Shown here piece by piece: positions 35,058 to 43,925 of a DNA stretch of 44,932 nucleotides. Source of the DNA: Citrobacter phage phiNP. Made by a program: the position numbers and the translations under genes. Positions within the stretch are counted from its first letter, which is position 1, and each line of letters begins with the position of its first letter. Below the pieces are notes generated by a model, which ran no database searches, had not been told where the DNA came from, and saw only the letters and a program-made list of their open reading frames with translations. The stretch lies in sequence record OR565852, one strand, 5' to 3'.

Positions 35058-35753
35058 ATGAACATAGGAAACCGCATTAGAGAATTGCGCCTCGCAAGAG
35101 GCATGAAAATTTCTGACCTTGCTGATGCTGTTGGTATTGACGGCGCGAACGTTTCTCGCGTAGAGACCGGTAAGCAAAAGTCATTTACTGAACAATCGCT
35201 TAGCAAATATGCAAATGCGCTCGGCGTTGATGTTGCTGAACTCTTTACACCTTCCATAAATGAAACTACTGTATACAAATCCAGTGAGAATAATCCAGTT
35301 TATGGAGAGGATGACCCGGTGTTTAGAGTCGAAATGCTTGATGTCAGTGCCAGCGCTGGCATGGGTTTTATACAGGGTAGTGATGTCATCGATGTCATCA
35401 GATCGATTGAATACAACAGCGAACGGGCGGTCGCTCTGTTTGGTGGAAGAACGCCAGATACCGTTAAAGTGATCAACGTTCGCGGTGATAGTATGGCTGA
35501 TACTATAGAGCCAGGTGACCTAATCTTTGTTGATGTTTCAATTAATGAATTTGATGGTGATGGCATTTATGTGTTTGGTTTTGACGAGAAAATTTATGTC
35601 AAACGGTTACAGATGATTCCCGATAAAATTCTGGTGATATCTGATAATCCCAAATACAGAGAGTGGTCAGTTGATCAATCTAACGAAGACCGTTTTTATG
35701 TGTTTGGGAAAGTGATGCTTAGCCAATCACAAGCAATGAAAAGACACGGATAA
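35058..35753 (+). CDS. cI: CI repressor (XRE HTH + S24 LexA-like autopeptidase)
   Basis: MNIGNRIRELRLARGMKISDLA... HTH; C-terminal VRGDSM...KR S24 motifs. Confidence 0.9.
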   Translation: MNIGNRIRELRLARGMKISDLADAVGIDGANVSRVETGKQKSFTEQSLSKYANALGVDVAELFTPSINETTVYKSSENNPVYGEDDPVFRVEMLDVSASAGMGFIQGSDVIDVIRSIEYNSERAVALFGGRTPDTVKVINVRGDSMADTIEPGDLIFVDVSINEFDGDGIYVFGFDEKIYVKRLQMIPDKILVISDNPKYREWSVDQSNEDRFYVFGKVMLSQSQAMKRHG

Positions 35754-35769
35754 CCCCTCTCCAGCAAAG

Positions 35770-35795
35770 AGCCGCCGCTTAATGGCGGCTTTTTC
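35770..35795 (+). terminator. Intrinsic terminator of cI
   Basis: AGCCGCC (35770-35776) / GGCGGCT (35784-35790) followed by TTTTT. Confidence 0.7.
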
Positions 35796-35807
35796 ATACC
35801 CTAAATA

Positions 35808-35859
35808 TTGCGAATTACGCATTTTATTACTTGCGTAATTCGCAATATTATTTTATCTT
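35808..35859 (+). promoter_or_regulatory. OL/PL-like region: two inverted operator copies overlapping a rightward promoter
   Basis: TTGCGAATTACGCAT (35808-35822) and TTGCGTAATTCGCAA (35831-35845). -35 TTGCGT (35831-35836), 17 nt, -10 TATCTT (35854-35859). Confidence 0.55.
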
Positions 35860-35865
35860 CATTCC

Positions 35866-36583
35866 ATCAACAGCGAACAGGCAGGACGCCCACGAAGTAG
35901 CCGCCCGGGGCATATGAAGGCCGGGATGATTCGCTCAGAACATGGCGAAAGCCGAAAGACTTGAAGGCGGTTTTCTCAGGTTGCGCGCTAAAGCATAGCG
36001 GGGAGAACCTGGGGCGGAGAGCAAACCCCGCGATTCAGGACATGATCGCCTGTGCATACCAATAAGCCGTCTGGCAGCGTAACTGCTCTTTACATTGGCA
36101 CCGGCAAAGTGGCGCCGCTGAACCGAGGCTGGTGGATCGTAAAACCGCAGGAGCAAGCAACAAACGGTAGTCCGTATGGAGAAAAATCCGTTGAGTAAGG
36201 GGCCTGGCCGGAACCGTAACCGGCACACAACGATGAGAGCATTGACGAGCAAGGTTTAATGTCCGGTTCGATTCCAGACACCACGAAGCGGTGGCAATGG
36301 GCAGGGAAAAGGTCCGTTCAATTCGGACACCGGCAGTGCTCTCTTCGTTGTGGAGTATACAAGCGTATTGCAGCGCCGGTCGACGCAAAGACCCGTAAAT
36401 CGACTGAGCCGTAGTTACTGGCGGCCAATACCAAAACAGAGCGGCGGGAAGTAAGTAGGGGTAGCGCCCTGGTGTCACAACCAAATCACGCTTAGGACCG
36501 TGATAACCGTAGTACCAATATTGCTGTGTGTAGTCTTGGCGGTACCAGTTCCATCCCTTGAAGTCCCTGGTACCGCCCTTTTT
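35866..36583 (+). ncRNA. Candidate large (about 0.7 kb) structured non-coding RNA transcribed from PL; unclassified
   Basis: No + strand ORF of 60 aa or more. Coding-like G+C, many short perfect helices and a defined promoter and terminator. The ends are inferred, not measured. Confidence 0.35.
36538..36583 (+). terminator. Strong intrinsic terminator inside the early-left leader
   Basis: Perfect 11-bp stem GGCGGTACCAG (36538-36548) / CTGGTACCGCC (36567-36577), followed by CTTTTT. Confidence 0.7.
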
Positions 36584-36745
36584 ACACAAGAGACAAGAGC
36601 ATCACCGGGCGACGGGCTCATAACCCAATCCACCCGGGCGTTAAGGAAGTGGTCTTCTCACCCATGACCAGCGCGCAGGTGCTCTTTTCTGTTGTGTATG
36701 GAGAAACTTACGGCGGCGGCAGCCGCTTAACCGAGAGGAAATGCT

Positions 36746-37117
36746 ATGAGCAATGATCGCATGACCGTAGTACCCGATTTTCTGGGTGAGCTGGACGCCG
36801 GCGTGTTCATGAACAAAATCGCCGCCGCGCTTAATACCACCGCGCTGGGTGTTCTAAATAACGGCACCAAAGGCAAAGTTGTTCTCACCTTTGATTTTGA
36901 GCGTATGGGGAATTCCGTTGAAGAGAAGCGCGTCAAGATCAAGCACAAGCTGAATTACAGCACCCCGACGCCGCGCGGTAAAGCCTCCGAAGAGGACACC
37001 ACTGAAACGCCAATGTGGGTTAACAAAGGCGGCAAGCTCACCATCCTGCAGGAGGATCAGGGGCAATTGTTCAGTATCAACGGCGCCACAGACGGAAAGC
37101 TTAAAGCGGCTCAGTGA
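36746..37117 (+). CDS. Hypothetical early protein (possibly YfdP-like, by synteny)
   Basis: RBS GAGGAA; first ORF of the early-left operon. Confidence 0.6.
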   Translation: MSNDRMTVVPDFLGELDAGVFMNKIAAALNTTALGVLNNGTKGKVVLTFDFERMGNSVEEKRVKIKHKLNYSTPTPRGKASEEDTTETPMWVNKGGKLTILQEDQGQLFSINGATDGKLKAAQ

Positions 37118-37173
37118 ACCGCTGACAACTAATTCACTGCCACCAATTCGATCATTTGTTAATAAGGAATTTT

Positions 37174-38001
37174 ATGTCTCAGGTAGACAGCGGTACTTTT
37201 AAGCAGGTTAAAGATCTGGTTCTTTCTGGTTATCACCTGAATGATATTAACGGCCTGGCTTGCCCAACAGCATTACTCCCGGAAGAAACTCGCGTTGAAA
37301 GCCTCGAGCGCTTTTCTCTTGAGCGCTTCCGTTTCCGTGGGGCCATGACCACAACCAGCATTGATGATTTTGCCCGTTATTCTAAAGGCTACGCCAGTAC
37401 CGAGGAACCTGCTCGCTGCTTTATTGATGCGGACAATATGACTGCGCGATCCGTGTTCAATATCGGCACGCTGGATAATCCGGGCCATGCTGATAACGTT
37501 GCTGCAATCACCCTGAAGCAGACTGCGCCTTTCCGCGCGCTGCTGGCGATCAACGGCGACCGCCTGAAGCAAAAGCAAATCGCTGAATGGCTGGAAGACT
37601 GGAGTGATTATCTGCTGGCCTTTGATGCTGACGGAAATACCATGCAAATTTCACAGGCTGCTCAGGCTGTTCGACGCATCACTATCCAGCAGGCCACCCA
37701 ACAAGATCATGAAGACGGTGATTTCAGCGGGAAAAAATCGCTGATGCAGAGTGTTGAGGCCAGCAGCAAAGATGTTATGCCTGTAGCGTTTGAGTTCAAA
37801 TGCGTGCCATACGAAGGGCTTGGTGAGCGTGCATTCAGCCTGCGCAATAGTCTGCTCACTGGTGACGAACCGCGTTTTGTACTGCGCATTGTTCAACTGG
37901 AAGCGCAGGAAGAAGCGATCGCCAACGAATTCCGCGACCTGCTGATCGGCAAATTCGACGGCGAGCCAGTGGAAACCTTTATCGGTAACTTTAAAGCGTA
38001 A
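37174..38001 (+). CDS. YfdQ-like (DUF2303) protein
   Basis: Start at MSQVDSG after RBS AAGGA. Resembles E. coli CPS-53 YfdQ as I remember it and is followed by a YfdR-like gene. Confidence 0.65.
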   Translation: MSQVDSGTFKQVKDLVLSGYHLNDINGLACPTALLPEETRVESLERFSLERFRFRGAMTTTSIDDFARYSKGYASTEEPARCFIDADNMTARSVFNIGTLDNPGHADNVAAITLKQTAPFRALLAINGDRLKQKQIAEWLEDWSDYLLAFDADGNTMQISQAAQAVRRITIQQATQQDHEDGDFSGKKSLMQSVEASSKDVMPVAFEFKCVPYEGLGERAFSLRNSLLTGDEPRFVLRIVQLEAQEEAIANEFRDLLIGKFDGEPVETFIGNFKA

Positions 38002-38139
38002 TTGCTCAGCCTTAATTGCCCTGCCCCGCGGGGCAATTAGTGAAGCGTAATTCATTTAAATATCGCCATCTGGCGAGGGATTCGTGCAACCAAAAATCAG
38101 CCGAAGGTGCAGCTGCGAATAAATGGAGAAATAAAACCG

Positions 38140-38682
38140 ATGAGCTACATACAGACATTATCAGGCAAGAAATTCGACTATGTGAATGCCACTGTTGACG
38201 ATATTGAGATCGAAGATATAGCGACCGCGCTTTCCCATATCTGCCGCTTTGCCGGCCACCTGCCGGAGTTCTACTCCGTGGCCCAACACTCAGTTCTGTG
38301 CAGCCAGCTGGTAGAGCCTGAGTTTGCCTTTGAAGCGCTGATGCACGACGCCGCAGAAGCGTATTGTCAGGATATTCCCGCACCGCTTAAAGCCCTGCTG
38401 CCGGACTACCGCCGGATTGAGGCGTTTGTCGACGAACTGATCCGCTTTAAATTCAATCTGCCGCTCACACAGTCTCCTGTAGTGAAATATGCCGATCTGA
38501 CAATGCTGGCTACCGAACGCCGGGATCTGGACATTGACGACGGTACATCGTGGCCCATCCTCGAAGGAATCCCCACCAGCGACCTTATCCAGATCGCTCC
38601 TCTTCGCCCGGGCCAGGCTTACGGACTTTTCATGACCCGCTTTAACGAACTGATGGAGCTGCGCGCATGCAACACCATATGA
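38140..38682 (+). CDS. HD-domain 5'-deoxynucleotidase, YfdR-like
   Basis: SHICRFAGHLPEFYSVAQHSVLCS...HDAAEAY HD motifs. Confidence 0.8.
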   Translation: MSYIQTLSGKKFDYVNATVDDIEIEDIATALSHICRFAGHLPEFYSVAQHSVLCSQLVEPEFAFEALMHDAAEAYCQDIPAPLKALLPDYRRIEAFVDELIRFKFNLPLTQSPVVKYADLTMLATERRDLDIDDGTSWPILEGIPTSDLIQIAPLRPGQAYGLFMTRFNELMELRACNTI

Positions 38683-38867
38683 AAGTAAAAGAACTGGTTG
38701 CCGCGGCACGCATGGCAGCGTCTGACCTTCCACCAGCAGCGGCACAGTTAATGCGTGAAGTCGCCACCAGACTGGATGTGACCTTTGTTGCCCTGAGTGA
38801 AGCTCTGGATCAGCGCGTCACCCTTATGGCAGAGAACGAAATTTTACGCGGGGATAAATCGCAATGA
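38679..38867 (+). CDS. Small hypothetical protein
   Basis: ATGA coupling to the YfdR-like stop. Confidence 0.5.
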   Translation: MKVKELVAAARMAASDLPPAAAQLMREVATRLDVTFVALSEALDQRVTLMAENEILRGDKSQ

Positions 38868-39190
38868 ACGAACAAACTACAGTTAAACACCTCCATTTCT
38901 ACGGTGCCAGCGATGATCTGCTGGAATGCGAAGGCGCGATCCGCGAGGAGATTGGTTGCTATAACTCTCCAGGCATCTATCACCTCAAATCCGCCGAGGG
39001 TGAAATGCAGGTTGTCGGTTATTACCTCGACTCCGGGCTGTGGAGCATCGGAATCAGCCAGGTCGCCGAAGATACGCCGCTGCCAGCGTGGCCCGTCACT
39101 TACGCCATGCATGAGCGTGGTTACAGTGTCCAGCTCACCATCACTGTGCCGGACGACGCCATTCTGGTTTTGTCAGAGGAAGATGAATGA
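38864..39190 (+). CDS. Hypothetical protein
   Basis: Translationally coupled on both sides. Confidence 0.55.
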   Translation: MNEQTTVKHLHFYGASDDLLECEGAIREEIGCYNSPGIYHLKSAEGEMQVVGYYLDSGLWSIGISQVAEDTPLPAWPVTYAMHERGYSVQLTITVPDDAILVLSEEDE

Positions 39191-39918
39191 GCATTACCCT
39201 GCATAACGCCGACTGCTTCGATGTTTTTCCGACGATTGCCAGCGGTTCCGTAGACATGGTGTGTGCGGATATTCCCTACGGTACCACGCAGTGCTGCTGG
39301 GATTCGGTGCTTGACCTCGAGGTGATGTGGCATGAACTGTACCGCATCGCCAAGCCGTCAGCGGCAATTGTCCTGTTTTCGGCTCAACCGTTTACCGCGG
39401 TGCTGGTCGGCAGCAACCTGGCGGACTGGCGATCCGAGTGGATTTGGGAAAAAGGCAACGCCACCGGCTTCCTTAATGCCAAAAAACAGCCGTTGCGTGC
39501 CCATGAAAATATAGAGGTGTTTTATCGTCGCCAGCCGACATACAACCCGCAGTTTACCCATGGTCATGCGCGCAGAACATCGAAGCGCAAAACCGTCAAT
39601 TCGGAGTGCTACGGCAAAGCGCTGACGCTGACTAAGTATGACTCAACCAGCCGGTACCCGCGCGATGTGCAGTTTTTCTCGAGTGACAAGCAAACCGGTA
39701 ATTTCCATCCCACCCAGAAGCCGCTGGCGCTGGTTCAGTACCTGATCGAGACCTACAGCAACCCCGGCGATACGGTGCTGGATTTCACAATGGGAAGCGG
39801 TACCGCAGGAGTCGCCTGCCTGCGTGTCGGGCGCTGCTTTATTGGCATTGAGAAAGACACCTCAATATTTCAGGTCGCGCGTCATCGTATAGGGACTAAG
39901 CAGGAGCATGCAGCATGA
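39187..39918 (+). CDS. DNA methyltransferase, beta-class N6A/N4C with DIPY catalytic motif
   Basis: ADIPYG (motif IV), HPTQKP and FTMGSGT (motif I). Confidence 0.85.
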   Translation: MSITLHNADCFDVFPTIASGSVDMVCADIPYGTTQCCWDSVLDLEVMWHELYRIAKPSAAIVLFSAQPFTAVLVGSNLADWRSEWIWEKGNATGFLNAKKQPLRAHENIEVFYRRQPTYNPQFTHGHARRTSKRKTVNSECYGKALTLTKYDSTSRYPRDVQFFSSDKQTGNFHPTQKPLALVQYLIETYSNPGDTVLDFTMGSGTAGVACLRVGRCFIGIEKDTSIFQVARHRIGTKQEHAA

Positions 39919-40112
39919 AGATCCGCTGTTTTTTCGGGCTTCATAAATGGGTGCTGTTCAAGAAAGAGCTTCACCCATATCAATCTCTTAACGGACTGCA
40001 GCCAACTATTATTTTCCACTATGGGTGTAATGGCTGCGGCAAGACCAGAACAGAGACTCGCGAAGAGGGTTACTGGCATTCTTTTAAACCATCAGATTTG
40101 GAGCACATGTAA
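39915..40112 (+). CDS. Small Cys-containing hypothetical protein
   Basis: GLHKW...CNGCGK; coupled to its neighbours. Confidence 0.5.
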   Translation: MKIRCFFGLHKWVLFKKELHPYQSLNGLQPTIIFHYGCNGCGKTRTETREEGYWHSFKPSDLEHM

Positions 40113-40679
40113 TGAACCACCTTATGATCGACCTAGAAACGATGGGTAATAAGCCTGCTGCGCCAATTGTCGCGATCGGCGCTGTGTTTTTCGACCCGAA
40201 AAGCGGTGAGCTGGGCGCCGAGTTCTATGTGGCCGTCAACCTCGCCAGCGCCATGGATCAGGGTGCTACCCCTGACGGTGACACGATCCTGTGGTGGCTG
40301 AAGCAATCAGCGGAAGCTCGCGCTGCTATTTGTACCGACGACACTAAGAACATCGCCGAAGCGCTCTCCGAGCTTAGGTCATTTATTAGCCGTAACTCTG
40401 ACAAACCGCGTTATCTGAAAGTCTGGGGCAATGGCGCCAATTTCGACAACGTTATTTTGCGTTCAGCCTATGAACGCGCCGGCCAAACCTGCCCGTGGCA
40501 ATTCTGGAACGACAGCGACGTGCAGCACCATGGTGCTGCTCGGCAAACAGCTTGGTTTCGATCCAAAGCGCGATATGCCATTTGATGGTGTAGCCCACAA
40601 CGCACTGGCCGATGCCCACCACCAGGTGAAATATGTATCGGCAATCTGGCAGCGACTATTGCCCGCCAGCGCCGAATAA
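40112..40679 (+). pseudogene. DnaQ-like 3'-5' exonuclease interrupted by a 1-nt frameshift
   Basis: ORF 40112-40585 carries MIDLETMG...GNGANFD. The last motif (HNALADA) sits in ORF 40431-40679, in another frame. The frames switch at about 40520-40530. Confidence 0.7.
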
Positions 40680-40709
40680 TACCCCTAATAGCCCGGGTGC
40701 AGCCGGGCA

Positions 40710-40928
40710 ATGGAGAAATTTATGCTGAGCCTCGATTGTGTTCCCATCTCAACTTATTGCAAAGAGACAGGCGAAACTCCTGATGCGATCAACAAGCGCG
40801 TACAGCGCGGTGTGTGGCGTGAAGGGGTTCAGGTGCTGAAAGTCGAAGGCGTTAAGGAGAGATGGATAGATCTTAGTGAGGTTGCAAAATGGGCCAGACA
40901 GAATCGCCTAAACTCCCGCGCGGCGTAA
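40710..40928 (+). CDS. xis: Excisionase-like protein (DUF1233-type)
   Basis: Small basic wHTH-like protein whose 3' end overlaps the int start. Confidence 0.65.
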   Translation: MEKFMLSLDCVPISTYCKETGETPDAINKRVQRGVWREGVQVLKVEGVKERWIDLSEVAKWARQNRLNSRAA

Positions 40929-42055
40929 CCATCAGGAAACATCGCAACGGTCAAACCATCAATATTACTTTTACATATAAAGGGGTGAAATGCCGTGAGC
41001 CTCTTTCTAATCTGGACGTAACCCCTAAAAATATCAAATACGCCGAGCGCACACTCGGCGAAATCCATAACAAGATCGAAAGGGGAACGTTTGTTTACGC
41101 GGAATACTTTCCCCGTTCTACCCGATTAAAAATTTTCGGAAACGCTGCCGCAGGAAAAACGGTGAAGATGTATCTGGATGAGTATCTGGTGATCTGCGAA
41201 ACGAGGAAGCTTTCCCCTTCGACAATAGGCGGGTACAAGAAATGCCGAAGCGCATTGTCATCACTTCATATTTATCCTGCAAGTGAGTTGACGCCGGCTG
41301 CATTGAAGACATGGATCCAGAACCAGAAAACGACATTGAAGACCATCCGAAACCAGTTGTCATTCCTGCGTTCTGCATTGGATGAAGCAGTGACAGATGG
41401 TGTGCTTCAGATTAACCCTGTATCTCTGGTAACAGCCTCACGATACCAAAGTGATAAATCAGAGGCAGAAAGTAGTTATGTGGTTGATCCGCTATCACCA
41501 GCAGAAGTTGATGCTTTGCTCTCTGCTACTGGCAATAAGCAGTGGGAGAATCTTTTCCGGTTCGCGATACAAACAGGGCTGCGTAGTTCCGAATTGTGTG
41601 CTCTTCGTTGGCGTGATATCGACTTTGTAGGGAAGACTGCCCATATCCAGAGCGCCAGTGTTGTTGGTGTGATCAAAGGGACCAAGACAAAAGCAGGTAC
41701 CCGTAAAGTTGAACTCACAGATGAAGCAATGTCGGCTCTGATAAATCAGAAACCGTTCACGTTCATGAAGGGCGCTACTGTCTTTGAGGATCCAAAGACC
41801 AATAAGCCGTGGGCAAGTGCTGATGCAATTAGAAAAAAGGCATGGGTGCCGACATTGCGAAAGGCTGGTATTCGGTACAGAAACCCATATCAGACTAGAC
41901 ATACATTCGCCACATGCCATATCAGCCGGGGAACAAACTTGTTCTGGCTTGCGACTCAAATGGGACATAAAGGCCCAGAGATGCTTTTCCGTCACTACGG
42001 CTCATATCTGAAGGAATATGATGGACAAACAAGCCTGAAGAAGATAAAAATATAA
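40889..42055 (+). CDS. int: Tyrosine integrase with N-terminal arm-binding domain
   Basis: LPRGVTIRKHRNGQTINITFTYKG arm domain. Catalytic LRSSELCALRWRDI, TRHTFAT and GHKGPEMLFRHYGSY motifs. Confidence 0.9.
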   Translation: MGQTESPKLPRGVTIRKHRNGQTINITFTYKGVKCREPLSNLDVTPKNIKYAERTLGEIHNKIERGTFVYAEYFPRSTRLKIFGNAAAGKTVKMYLDEYLVICETRKLSPSTIGGYKKCRSALSSLHIYPASELTPAALKTWIQNQKTTLKTIRNQLSFLRSALDEAVTDGVLQINPVSLVTASRYQSDKSEAESSYVVDPLSPAEVDALLSATGNKQWENLFRFAIQTGLRSSELCALRWRDIDFVGKTAHIQSASVVGVIKGTKTKAGTRKVELTDEAMSALINQKPFTFMKGATVFEDPKTNKPWASADAIRKKAWVPTLRKAGIRYRNPYQTRHTFATCHISRGTNLFWLATQMGHKGPEMLFRHYGSYLKEYDGQTSLKKIKI

Positions 42056-42112
42056 TCCATGTCTGAATTATTGGCCGCAATTTGTGGCCATTTCATGGAA
42101 CAAGGTACAAAC

Positions 42113-43846
42113 ATGGCAAATCCAATAACCAAACTAAAAAAAATAAACGTTGTAAAATTTCGAGGACTAAAAAATATAAATATAGAATTTGGTTCGCGAC
42201 TAACTGTTATTTGTGGTAAAAACGGCACATCTAAATCGACAATTCTTGGTATTATCGCCCAAATTTTTAGTTTTACAAAAGATCTGTCTAAGAACCCCGA
42301 GGTTGATTTAACACAATATAAGACATTAACTAATGGCACCTTCAAGTCAGCTTTCAGTGAACATTTTAGACTTTCAGAACAATTTGATACTGCAGGTTCA
42401 ATGGAAGTCAGGATTAGTGTTTATGATGGTGCATCTAACAAACATCTTGAAAAGCTAACATTGGGTCTATACAGCTCCAGTGACAGGGATAAATCAAGGC
42501 CAATAGTCAGGGGCAATGATTCCATACCGGGGAAAAACCAAAGTAGAAACGTCACTCATCCAGTTATTTTTCTAAGCTTAGCAAGACTTCTCCCTATTAC
42601 TCTACGGACTGATTACTCAACAAGGGATGTTCAGTATATCAATGAAAACGCAGATGATATAAGAATAATGAGCAATCAACTCTTACTTAAGAATAATGGG
42701 TGCTCAGTAACAGCCACGAAAGGGACGATCGATTCAATGGTCGTACACGGCGATAATTACGACCATCAATCAGTCTCTGTTGGTGAGGATAATGTTGGAC
42801 AATTAATTCAAGCAATATTTTCCTTTAAAAGGCTAAAAGAACTTTATGACGATTATCATGGAGGTATTTTATTAATTGATGAAGCGGACGCAGGTCTTTT
42901 CCCTGCTGCTCAGTTAGAATTAATTGACATTCTAGCTAAAGCAGCTAAAAAATATGACTTGCAAATAATCATGACTTCTCACTCACCATTAATAATAGAA
43001 GATATTTTCAATCGTTCCAAACAAGATGCCAACGGATTTAAAACAATATATCTGACAGATACTTATGGTGATATTAAAACAAAAGACAATCTATCATGGG
43101 CCGATATCAATGCTGATTTGCATGTTGAAACTGTAAAAATAAATGATGAGATTAGCCTTCCAAAAGCCAACGTATATTTTGAAGATAAAGAAGGCTTCGA
43201 TTTTTTCAAACAATTGATAATTGATAGAAGAATAAACAGAATATTGAATCCATTAGGAAACATAAATATTAGTTGTACTGCTATCCTAGATTTAATGGCT
43301 AGAAAAGTCCCTGAGTTTACTAACAAAAGCCTAGTTGTCTTAGACGGTGATGTTGCTCTCGATAACAGTGACAATGCTAAAAAAGCGAAAAAAGAGAGAA
43401 GCTTATGCTTGCTTCCAGGCATTCTTCCCCCAGATCAAATGATTTTTGAATTCTTATATAACTTACCTCCAGACGATATATATTGGAACAATAAAAATAG
43501 ATTTACAAAAGCAGTATTTATGAAAATAACAAAAGACATAATTACAACATTAAAAATAAGTAACTATCCTATTGATTTACTAAATTCTATAGAGAATTAT
43601 AAAAAATCAAACAAAAACCATGGCGGAGTGGTTAGAAAACTATTTAAAGATTTTGTCCATACGCCTGAGTTCCTAGCACAAGTAAAAGGGCGAGTTAAAG
43701 ATAATCCTTATCGATATTGGGTCGAGAAACACCCCGTAGAATCCGATAATTTCAAGCATGAATTAATCAAAAACCTTAAAATTATTATGACAAATGGACA
43801 TGGCGTTGACTCTGCTACCATCACTTCGTATCTGTCTGGCAACTAA
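42113..43846 (+). CDS. OLD-family-like protein: N-terminal ABC/AAA_15-type ATPase plus C-terminal Toprim-like domain
   Basis: Walker A GKNGTSKST, signature-like SVGEDNVGQ, Walker B ILLIDEADAGLFP, H-loop TSHSP, then YFEDKEG ... VVLDGDVA (Glu + DxD). The start could instead be 42059 or 42095. Confidence 0.7.
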   Translation: MANPITKLKKINVVKFRGLKNINIEFGSRLTVICGKNGTSKSTILGIIAQIFSFTKDLSKNPEVDLTQYKTLTNGTFKSAFSEHFRLSEQFDTAGSMEVRISVYDGASNKHLEKLTLGLYSSSDRDKSRPIVRGNDSIPGKNQSRNVTHPVIFLSLARLLPITLRTDYSTRDVQYINENADDIRIMSNQLLLKNNGCSVTATKGTIDSMVVHGDNYDHQSVSVGEDNVGQLIQAIFSFKRLKELYDDYHGGILLIDEADAGLFPAAQLELIDILAKAAKKYDLQIIMTSHSPLIIEDIFNRSKQDANGFKTIYLTDTYGDIKTKDNLSWADINADLHVETVKINDEISLPKANVYFEDKEGFDFFKQLIIDRRINRILNPLGNINISCTAILDLMARKVPEFTNKSLVVLDGDVALDNSDNAKKAKKERSLCLLPGILPPDQMIFEFLYNLPPDDIYWNNKNRFTKAVFMKITKDIITTLKISNYPIDLLNSIENYKKSNKNHGGVVRKLFKDFVHTPEFLAQVKGRVKDNPYRYWVEKHPVESDNFKHELIKNLKIIMTNGHGVDSATITSYLSGN

Positions 43847-43854
43847 TTGATTGA

Positions 43855-43891
43855 AAAGGGCTTTATATGATGGCCATAAAGCCCTTTTTTT
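43855..43891 (+). terminator. Intrinsic terminator between the ATPase and methylase genes
   Basis: Perfect 12-bp stem AAAGGGCTTTAT / ATAAAGCCCTTT followed by a T run. Confidence 0.8.
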
Positions 43892-43925
43892 GATATACTT
43901 TAGACTTGACATTTAGAGGTATCAT

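Noticed and set aside
34883-35278. 131-aa minus-strand ORF spanning the operator region and the 5' part of cI
   Set aside because: It overlaps the cro start, the operators and the well-supported cI HTH on the other strand, and it has no motif.
36261-36279. GGTTCGATTCC T-arm-like hairpin that suggests a tRNA or tmRNA-like gene
   Set aside because: The stem has a C-A mismatch. No matching acceptor 5' strand, D-arm or anticodon arm sits at the required distances, and there is no CCA context. It is kept only as a structural element of the candidate RNA.
36035-36589. 184-aa minus-strand ORF (and the overlapping 105-aa ORF 35935-36252) covering the candidate RNA region
   Set aside because: It starts at a TTG codon inside the terminator stem, with no convincing RBS. 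The translation is rich in W, Y, C and R and has no recognisable motif. It also runs antisense to the direction set by the promoter and terminator. I treated it as a chance ORF, but blastp should confirm this.
38014-38040. Perfect 8-bp hairpin AATTGCCC/GGGCAATT after the YfdQ-like gene as a terminator
   Set aside because: No T-run follows it. It may be a processing or regulatory hairpin, but there is not enough evidence to call a feature.
42059-42112. Upstream ATGs (42059, 42095) as the start of the OLD-like gene
   Set aside because: The N-terminal beta-strand that normally precedes Walker A begins at MANPITKLKKINVVKF (42113). The extra 18 aa look non-conserved. This is unresolved without homologues, so the alternatives are noted in the feature.
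41995-42345. 116-aa minus-strand ORF at the int/ATPase junction, and the 119-aa ORF at 43063-43422
   Set aside because: These are AT-rich antisense frames with hydrophobic, low-complexity translations. The opposite strand carries motif-supported genes.
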